From contig JAZBOO010000386.1 in assembly GCA_036351155.1 (NCBI GenBank), forward strand, positions 1 to 20,728: DNA of 20,728 bases. Reading direction: 5' to 3'. Positions within the stretch are counted from its first letter, which is position 1; the number at the start of each line of letters is the position of its first letter. The notes beneath the pieces are model-generated. The model ran no database searches and was not told the DNA's origin. It worked only from the letters and a program-made list of their open reading frames with translations. Below, in pieces: positions 14,990 through 20,728 of the stretch. The DNA comes from Candidatus Krumholzibacteriia bacterium. GTDB lineage: Bacteria > Krumholzibacteriota > Krumholzibacteriia > LZORAL124-64-63. A program made the position numbers and the translations under genes.

Positions 14990-16447
14990 TCAAGGGATCC
15001 TTTTGAAAAGATGATATAGCCCTCTCGATTCCACGGGAGGGCTGATCTCGTTTTCGGACAGAGCTTCGATGGCCGACCGCAAGGGCTCCACCATATCCGC
15101 CGGCTTGATCCACCCGATATCGCCCCCCCGGGCGGCTGCCGGCCCCCCGGAATAGCGCACCGTCAGCTCTTCAAAATTGGCGCCCAGCTCCAGACTTTCC
15201 AGAACCTTGTCCAGGATTTCTTTCTGCCCCAGCACCATGTGCAGGATGTGAACCTTGCCTTCCCGGACGGCACCCAGCTGATCGGCGCGGGCCTGCATGA
15301 TCCGGTCTTCCCAGGCCGCCAGCTCCGGCGCATTCTCTGGACTCGCTTCGCGCAGGACGGCAATCTCGCTCATGGCCTCATCCCACCGCTTGACATTTTC
15401 CAGCAGCTGGATGCGCACCACACGCGCGCTCAACATCTGCGGCTCGATCTCGATGGCCCGGGTGACATGGTACAGGGCCTCGTCGCTTCGGCCCTGCTTG
15501 TCCAGATGGACGCCGTAGTTGAAGTGGCCCACCGCATCGTCCGGCTGGGCGGCCAGAAAGATCTGAAAATGACTGCCGGCCTCTTCCACCGACCCGGTGA
15601 CCTCGAGGGCGTTGGCCAGATTGAAACGGTGCTGACTGTTGGCGGGGTCCTGTTCCACGGCCAGGCGCAGATAAACCAGGGCCGAATCCATCTGATCGAC
15701 GGCAAAAAACGCTTCGCCCAGACCTCCGTAGGAGGCGCTGCCCGGTTCCAGGGTGACCGCCCGGCGACAGAAAGCCAGGGCCTGATCCCTTTTTCCGGCC
15801 ATGATGCTCAGCTCCGAGGCCGTCAGAAGGTCACCCACGGTGGGTGCCTTCTTCAGCATGCCGTCTTCGAGATGGCCCAGGCTTTTCTCCCATAATCCTC
15901 TGCTGGCCGCAATGTCGGCCATCAGGCGGTGCAACCAGAACTCGTCCATCCCCTGCCGCTTCATCTGCTCGAGAAGCTGATAACCCTTGGCCGGTTCTCC
16001 CTCGCTGAGCGACAGACGGGCCAGCCCTTCCAGGATGCCCATGTGATTGAAACCGTGCGAGAGCCCTGACTCCCATTCCGCTCGGGCCTCGGACACCCGG
16101 TTCAGCCGCAGCAAGGCCCGCCCGTGCCAGTACCGGGCCTCGGGGTCCTCCGGGGCAAGCTCCACCGCCTGAGCGCTGAAGGATTCCGATTCCTCGGGGC
16201 GGCCTTCACGCGCCGCCATGACCGCCAGCGGAAGCAGGGCCTCCACCGATGGGCCATTGACCTGGAGGCACTCCATGAGCGCCTTGCGGGCCTTGAGAAA
16301 GTCGGCGGCCTGGTATAGTTCCTTGCCCAGGAGGCAAGGGTCGGCCGGGTCCGGAGCGGTCTCCTGGGCAGGCGCTTCCAGGGCCAGCGCCAACAACAGG
16401 ACAGGAAGCAGAGCCACGGCCAGAATCGGGGTGGGTCGAAGAATCAA
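14990..16447 (-). CDS. Exported tetratricopeptide-repeat protein with a C-terminal parvulin (PpiC-type rotamase) domain
   Basis: Signal peptide (M)ILRPTPILAVALLPVLLLALALEAPA/QE; repeated TPR turns (AVELAPEDPEARYWHG, AVEQDPANSQHRFNLA, AQPDDAVGHFNYG, AIEIEPQM); C-terminal GANFEELTVRYS...RGGDIGWI...EISPPVES..YHLFK. TTG 16447 with AAGGA upstream preferred over 16549. Confidence 0.85.
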   Translation of the reverse strand: MILRPTPILAVALLPVLLLALALEAPAQETAPDPADPCLLGKELYQAADFLKARKALMECLQVNGPSVEALLPLAVMAAREGRPEESESFSAQAVELAPEDPEARYWHGRALLRLNRVSEARAEWESGLSHGFNHMGILEGLARLSLSEGEPAKGYQLLEQMKRQGMDEFWLHRLMADIAASRGLWEKSLGHLEDGMLKKAPTVGDLLTASELSIMAGKRDQALAFCRRAVTLEPGSASYGGLGEAFFAVDQMDSALVYLRLAVEQDPANSQHRFNLANALEVTGSVEEAGSHFQIFLAAQPDDAVGHFNYGVHLDKQGRSDEALYHVTRAIEIEPQMLSARVVRIQLLENVKRWDEAMSEIAVLREASPENAPELAAWEDRIMQARADQLGAVREGKVHILHMVLGQKEILDKVLESLELGANFEELTVRYSGGPAAARGGDIGWIKPADMVEPLRSAIEALSENEISPPVESRGLYHLFKRIP

Positions 16448-16466
16448 AGCTTCTTTTCCTTTTCTG

Positions 16467-16495
16467 TTCAAGTGGTCAGAACGAAAGTCGATAAT
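16467..16495 (+). promoter_or_regulatory. Possible sigma70-type promoter for the response regulator
   Basis: TTCAAG (16467-16472), 17-nt spacer, GATAAT (16490-16495). Both hexamers are imperfect. Confidence 0.35.
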
Positions 16496-16614
16496 CGGAA
16501 AGAAGAACAAGCAGAAGCGGCCTGAGTTCCCCCGGCACTCGCCCAGCATTCCCCGGCGTTTCCGTCACGGGAGGCCACCTCGGCGAATTCCGCAGGAAAA
16601 GGAAAGATATACCC

Positions 16615-17007
16615 ATGAGCGATCTGGCGAAACCCAGAATCCTGGTAGTGGAAGATGATCCGGATCTTCGCACCATCCTGCGTTTGCAGCTGGCCAGCCA
16701 GGGCTACGAGGTCATCGAGACCACCAACGGCGCCGAAGGCTTTGCCGCCATTCAGGAACAGGACGCTTCCTGCGTGATCCTGGATCTGATGATGCCGGTG
16801 ATGGATGGCTTTGGATTCTTGAAGCGCGCCCGGAGCATCCTGGCCCTGCAGGACATTCCCATCCTGATCTTGACGGCCAGCGAAGATGAGCGCAATCGGA
16901 TTCGTGGCTACCAGTACCAGGCGGACAGCTACATGAGCAAGCCGTATGACCTGGACGAGTTGACCGAGGAAGTGGGCCGGCTGTGCCAGTCTCGGCAGCA
17001 ATCCTGA
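16615..17007 (+). CDS. Single-domain response regulator (CheY-like receiver)
   Basis: ILVVEDD, ILDLMMPVMDG (phospho-Asp), IPILILTA, YMSKPY; no output domain; AAGGA RBS. Confidence 0.93.
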   Translation: MSDLAKPRILVVEDDPDLRTILRLQLASQGYEVIETTNGAEGFAAIQEQDASCVILDLMMPVMDGFGFLKRARSILALQDIPILILTASEDERNRIRGYQYQADSYMSKPYDLDELTEEVGRLCQSRQQS

Positions 17008-17025
17008 CCTGAATTCACTCCCCGA

Positions 17026-18699
17026 TCAGGCAATCCAGCTCCGGACCGGATCAAACCAGAACTTCGGTGAGAGCCAGTAACCCCATAGATTTTCGGGATG
17101 AGCCGCGGTCTGTCCATGCACCAGATCAGCCACCTCCTGCCCCCTGTTCTGACGCAACAGGCTGACCACCTGGGCCGGCAGGCAAGAGTCGGGCAGCACG
17201 GCGTTGATGGTCTCCCTCGTTCCCTTGAAATGTCCCGAAGCTTCGGCCGTCAACTGGAGCCGGAGTATCCTCTCGGAATTGAATCCCGCCTCCCGCAGGG
17301 TGCGGCAGAGAGCGGCACTCTCGGCATCTCGACCTTCCAGGAAAGCCACCCGTGCCTCGAGGAACGACCAGGCCTCCGGGGGGACATCGGCCACCTCGGC
17401 CTCTCCTCGCGCTCCCGGGGACCCCGGAAGCCTGGGCACCACTCCCTGGCACACGGACAGGCAACAGTCCAGGAAGCGCGGCCGCAGGTCGGGCTGGTCT
17501 CCGGCGGGCCACCCTCCGATGACGGAAGAAACCTCGGAATAGTTCTGCAATCTCAGATAGTGACCTGCGAGGAGGAACCGGAAAAGGGGTTCAGCCGTCC
17601 ACTCGCCCGCCAGTTCCACCAGGCGGCGCGTACAGACCTCGGGCTTGCCCCTGAGGTCCTCGCTGGCCGCCAGCAAGAGCTCGGCCCGGGCAAAGGTCCG
17701 GATCAATCCCGGCCAGCCCTGGAGGATCTCAGGCACCTCCTCGGGATCGCCGGTCAGCAGGGCCAGGGCAGCCCGCAGGTAAGAGGCGAACAGATCTTCA
17801 TGAGCCTGGGAATTCCGGCGCGGCCCCAGAGCCGCGTCCTTCTCCGCCAGAAATTCCCGGGCCTCGAACAGGCGGCCGGCATCGGCCAGGATCAGTCCCT
17901 TCAGGTCGATGGCGGCCAGGTAGGAATCGTTCAGCCCCAGAGCCGCTTCCACCTCGGCCAGCGCCTGGTCGGTCCGGTTGACCTGGAACAGGGCGGCGGC
18001 CAGGCGGGTACGGTAATCGGGATAGCGAGGCCTCTTGGCCACCAGGGCGGAAAACTTTTCCAGTCCCCGTTCCCAGTCCCCGCTGCGGCACATGGTGACC
18101 GCCTCGGCCACCTCTTCCTTTTCCGATCGCCCGCTCAGGACGCGCAACAACAGTTCCGACAGATCTTCAGGCAGGGAACTCTCGTCATAGGGGCCGGACT
18201 CCTGCAGGTGATCCACCAGCCAGTGGTTCACGCGCCGGCCCGATTCCAGCAGGGAATTCAGGCTGTCGGCACTTTCCCGTTTCCGGTCCAGCTCACCCAG
18301 GGCCACGGATTCCAGCAGGCGGGCCTGGATGAAGTCAGAGTTCAGTCGGAGCGCACTGCGGGCCTGGGCCAGGGACTCGGACCAGCGGCCGGAGTAGCCC
18401 TGGGCCGCTCCCAGCAAGCAATGAAGATCAGGGTAGGTTTCCCAGAGGCCCACCGCCTCCGCAAAGGGGGCCGCGGCCTGGGCATGACGCCCGGCCCGCA
18501 TCAATCGTCGCCCCTCGTTCACCAGGGCCTGACGAAAATGATATCCGGCCAGGGAACCGGCGGGCGCATCGGTGCGCCCTTCCGCCGCAATCCGCAGATG
18601 GTCGATGGCATCGGCAAAACGGCCCTCTTCCAGAAGGGCCATGCCTTCGGCGTAGGCTTTATTCCGGGAGCCCCCCAGCAGCCGGTCGAACAATGACAT
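17026..18699 (-). CDS. Tetratricopeptide-repeat protein of unknown function, immediately downstream of ftsZ
   Basis: 557-aa ORF starting 2 nt after the ftsZ stop. TPR-like units (YAEGMALLEEGRFADAI, YPDLHCLLG..ALRLNSDF, YPDYRTRLA..ALGLNDSY); no signal peptide. Confidence 0.82.
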   Translation of the reverse strand: MSLFDRLLGGSRNKAYAEGMALLEEGRFADAIDHLRIAAEGRTDAPAGSLAGYHFRQALVNEGRRLMRAGRHAQAAAPFAEAVGLWETYPDLHCLLGAAQGYSGRWSESLAQARSALRLNSDFIQARLLESVALGELDRKRESADSLNSLLESGRRVNHWLVDHLQESGPYDESSLPEDLSELLLRVLSGRSEKEEVAEAVTMCRSGDWERGLEKFSALVAKRPRYPDYRTRLAAALFQVNRTDQALAEVEAALGLNDSYLAAIDLKGLILADAGRLFEAREFLAEKDAALGPRRNSQAHEDLFASYLRAALALLTGDPEEVPEILQGWPGLIRTFARAELLLAASEDLRGKPEVCTRRLVELAGEWTAEPLFRFLLAGHYLRLQNYSEVSSVIGGWPAGDQPDLRPRFLDCCLSVCQGVVPRLPGSPGARGEAEVADVPPEAWSFLEARVAFLEGRDAESAALCRTLREAGFNSERILRLQLTAEASGHFKGTRETINAVLPDSCLPAQVVSLLRQNRGQEVADLVHGQTAAHPENLWGYWLSPKFWFDPVRSWIA

Positions 18700-18701
18700 T
18701 G

Positions 18702-20288
18702 CTAGTCCATGTATTTCCGGATGTAGGCCGGCGCTTTCCGGTCATCACCCGGGTTGTCGGGACCCAGACCGGCCGCCTCGGACCGGTTGACCCGCGGTGT
18801 CTCTTCCCTCAGGCCGGTTCCGGCCTCGGGAATCTCCACTTCCCCGATACTGCGCGTGCCCACGGGGCGCAAAAAACGGTCAGCTGTGCTGGTCGGCACA
18901 TCGCGGGGCTCGACTGCTCCCGCTGCGGCGGCCTGGGCAAACAGGAAAGGTGGCTCCTCATCCTTGGCCACTGCCACTTCCCTGGCCGGCAAGGCCTCCA
19001 GGTCAGCCATCTTCTCAGGTTCAGGTTCCGCATCCGGCAGGGCGCCGGGCGCATCCGGCGCAAAAGCCAGGATCTCGTCCAGACTGCGCGGATCGCACCC
19101 CGGATCTTCGTCCAGGTCCTCGGCAAAAATCGGCGGCTCTTCGGGAACAGGTTCCTGCTCCACCGTTTCTTCAACCACGGGTTCCTCGGCTTCCTCGGCC
19201 ACCTCGGTCTCTTCAGCCAGAATCGGTTCCTGGACCGCTTCCTGAACGGGGTCAGCCACCGGTTCAGGTACAGGTTCAGGTACAGGTTCAGCAACCGTCT
19301 CTGCCACCACGGCCGCCTGGTCGGTATTCTGCCCCTGCTGGAATCCCGTGGCAATCACGGTGACCTGCAGGGTATCGCCCAGCGACTCATCGATGCCGTA
19401 TCCGAAGATCACATGGGCCTGCGGACCGGCCGCATCCTGGATGTACTGCATGGCCGCGGCCGTCTCGTGAAGCTGGACCTCACGGCCCAGGACGTTGACC
19501 AGCACGGCCTGGCTCCCGGCAATGCTCACGTCTTCAAGCAAGGGACTGCTGATGGCCTGTTCGGCCGCTTTCTGGGCGCGGTCCTCACCCTCGGCCCTGC
19601 CGGTGCCCATCATGGCCTCACCCATGCCCCGCATCACCGAGCACACGTCGGCGAAATCGAGGTTCATGGCATCGTGGCGGGAAATGATCTCGAATATTCC
19701 ACGCGTGGCCTCGTACAGGACATTGTCCGCAATACGGTAGGCATCGTTCATGGATGTGTTGGGAGGGACGATTTCCAGCAATCGCTGGTTGGGAACCACG
19801 ATCAAGGTGTCAACCGCTTCACGCAGACGGGCAATGCCTCGCTCGGCCTGCTCCTGCCGGACCCGGCCTTCGAACAGGAAAGGCCTGGTCACGATACCCA
19901 CGGTCAAGGCCCCGCACTCCTTCGCCACCTCGGCCACCACGGGTGCGGCGCCCGTCCCGGTGCCTCCCCCCATGCCCGCGGTCACGAACACCATGTTCGC
20001 CCCGGACACGGCCTGGGCAATGGCTTCGCGGTCCTCTTCGGCTGCGGCCTGGCCCACATCGGGATTGCCGCCGGACCCCAACCCCTTGGTCAGGATACCG
20101 CCAATTTGCAGGCTGCGATGGGAAGGGCAGTCGTTGAGAGCTTGCAGATCGGTATTCAGGGCCATGAATTCCACACCGGAAAGCCCGGCGTCAATCATCC
20201 GGCCGATGGCGTTTCCTCCGGCACCACCGACACCAGCTACCCTGATATCCGTCAAACGCTCGACTTCGTCAGCGAATTCAAACATCAT
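18702..20288 (-). CDS. ftsZ: Cell division protein FtsZ
   Basis: VAGVGGAGGNA, NTDLQAL, GMGGGTGTG tubulin signature, PFLFEG, T7 loop NLDFADV, VTVIATGF, C-terminal core PAYIRK. ATG 20288 has AAGGAGGAGG 8 nt upstream. Confidence 0.98.
   Translation of the reverse strand: MMFEFADEVERLTDIRVAGVGGAGGNAIGRMIDAGLSGVEFMALNTDLQALNDCPSHRSLQIGGILTKGLGSGGNPDVGQAAAEEDREAIAQAVSGANMVFVTAGMGGGTGTGAAPVVAEVAKECGALTVGIVTRPFLFEGRVRQEQAERGIARLREAVDTLIVVPNQRLLEIVPPNTSMNDAYRIADNVLYEATRGIFEIISRHDAMNLDFADVCSVMRGMGEAMMGTGRAEGEDRAQKAAEQAISSPLLEDVSIAGSQAVLVNVLGREVQLHETAAAMQYIQDAAGPQAHVIFGYGIDESLGDTLQVTVIATGFQQGQNTDQAAVVAETVAEPVPEPVPEPVADPVQEAVQEPILAEETEVAEEAEEPVVEETVEQEPVPEEPPIFAEDLDEDPGCDPRSLDEILAFAPDAPGALPDAEPEPEKMADLEALPAREVAVAKDEEPPFLFAQAAAAGAVEPRDVPTSTADRFLRPVGTRSIGEVEIPEAGTGLREETPRVNRSEAAGLGPDNPGDDRKAPAYIRKYMD
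19261..19291. repeat. 12-bp perfect tandem repeat (GGTTCAGGTACA x ~2.6) encoding EPVP repeats in the FtsZ linker
   Basis: ggttcaggtaca-ggttcaggtaca-ggttcag read directly from the sequence. Confidence 0.8.
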
Positions 20289-20464
20289 GCCGCCCGCCTC
20301 CTCCTTGAGTTGGGTCATGAAAACCAGCGAAATGGCCCCGCCATCCTGGCGAAACAGCTATTCCGGTGGATTTGATCTTTTCGTACGTTCTGTTTCTAGC
20401 ACAGTGTCCAGGGTCCCGCCAAGGGAAAAACAGTAATCCAGCATTGTTTCTTTTTCACACCAAT

Positions 20465-20487
20465 GGGAATCTCGAATAAAGATTCCC
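20465..20487. other. Inverted repeat just downstream of ftsA (hairpin or palindromic binding site)
   Basis: GGGAATCT (20465-20472), 7-nt gap, AGATTCCC (20480-20487); 17 nt past the ftsA stop; no clear U-tract. Confidence 0.5.
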
Positions 20488-20504
20488 CTGACACCGGTCT
20501 GGCA

Positions 20505-20728
20505 TCACCCCTTCGCCGCCAGTTGCCGCGAGGGAGGTGTGCGCCGGAACATTCCTCGCAACCGCCCCAGCAGCCCTCCGCCCTGACCAGGTTCGGCATT
20601 GTCGGGGTCGTCCAGGAGATCTCCGGCGGTCCACAGGCTGAGCCCGGCCACCGTGGCCCACTGCCCCGCCGGCAGGTCCTCGCTGCCCAGCAGTCGGGGA
20701 CACACATAGCGTTCCCGGGCCGGCAAAT
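20505..20728 (-). CDS. ftsA: Cell division protein FtsA, C-terminal fragment (gene begins outside the window)
   Basis: Upstream of ftsZ on the same strand. LPAR...WATVAGLSLW resembles the FtsA-terminal YATAVGL motif, followed by amphipathic GLLGRLRGMF (membrane-targeting helix). Confidence 0.72.
   Translation of the reverse strand, partial: LPARERYVCPRLLGSEDLPAGQWATVAGLSLWTAGDLLDDPDNAEPGQGGGLLGRLRGMFRRTPPSRQLAAKG

Noticed and set aside
16533..16548. Sigma54-like GG-N10-GC element (CGGCACTCGCCCAGCA) upstream of the response regulator
   Set aside because: The -12 half (CAGC) departs from TTGC, and GG-N10-GC is frequent in GC-rich DNA.
16500..16614. Possible riboswitch in the response regulator leader
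   Set aside because: No recognisable aptamer motif or terminator; only short GC hairpins. An Rfam scan would settle it.
1..20728. CRISPR arrays, tRNA/rRNA genes, IS elements, prophage or defence genes
   Set aside because: No regularly spaced direct repeats, cloverleafs, transposase/integrase motifs or unexplained large gaps seen; the window is almost fully tiled by identifiable genes.

Overview
GC-rich bacterial chromosomal window made almost entirely of core genes, with no tRNA, rRNA, mobile element or CRISPR signal. From the right on the minus strand: the 3' end of ftsA, ftsZ with a ~200-aa acidic linker, and a tightly coupled 557-aa TPR protein. Next come a convergent orphan receiver-domain response regulator (+), an exported TPR-plus-parvulin protein (-), and rpmB (+) divergent from recG (-). 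The recG/rpmB spacer holds overlapping promoter candidates and a perfect DnaA box. The rimP-nusA-ylxQ-infB-[rbfA::DHH/NrnA fusion]-truB-ribF operon (-) follows, with a clear sigma70-type promoter and a rimP-leader terminator hairpin. At the left are a GnnA-like oxidoreductase (+), a GT4 glycosyltransferase (-) and the 5' part of an SLBB-type polysaccharide export gene (-, absent from the ORF track). Most notable: the in-frame RbfA-DHH phosphoesterase fusion, the ftsZ-coupled TPR protein with an N-terminal amphipathic helix, the DnaA-box region at recG/rpmB, the TPR-parvulin protein, and insertions in RibF and TruB. All calls come from motif recognition by eye; no database searches were run, so novelty is unverified.
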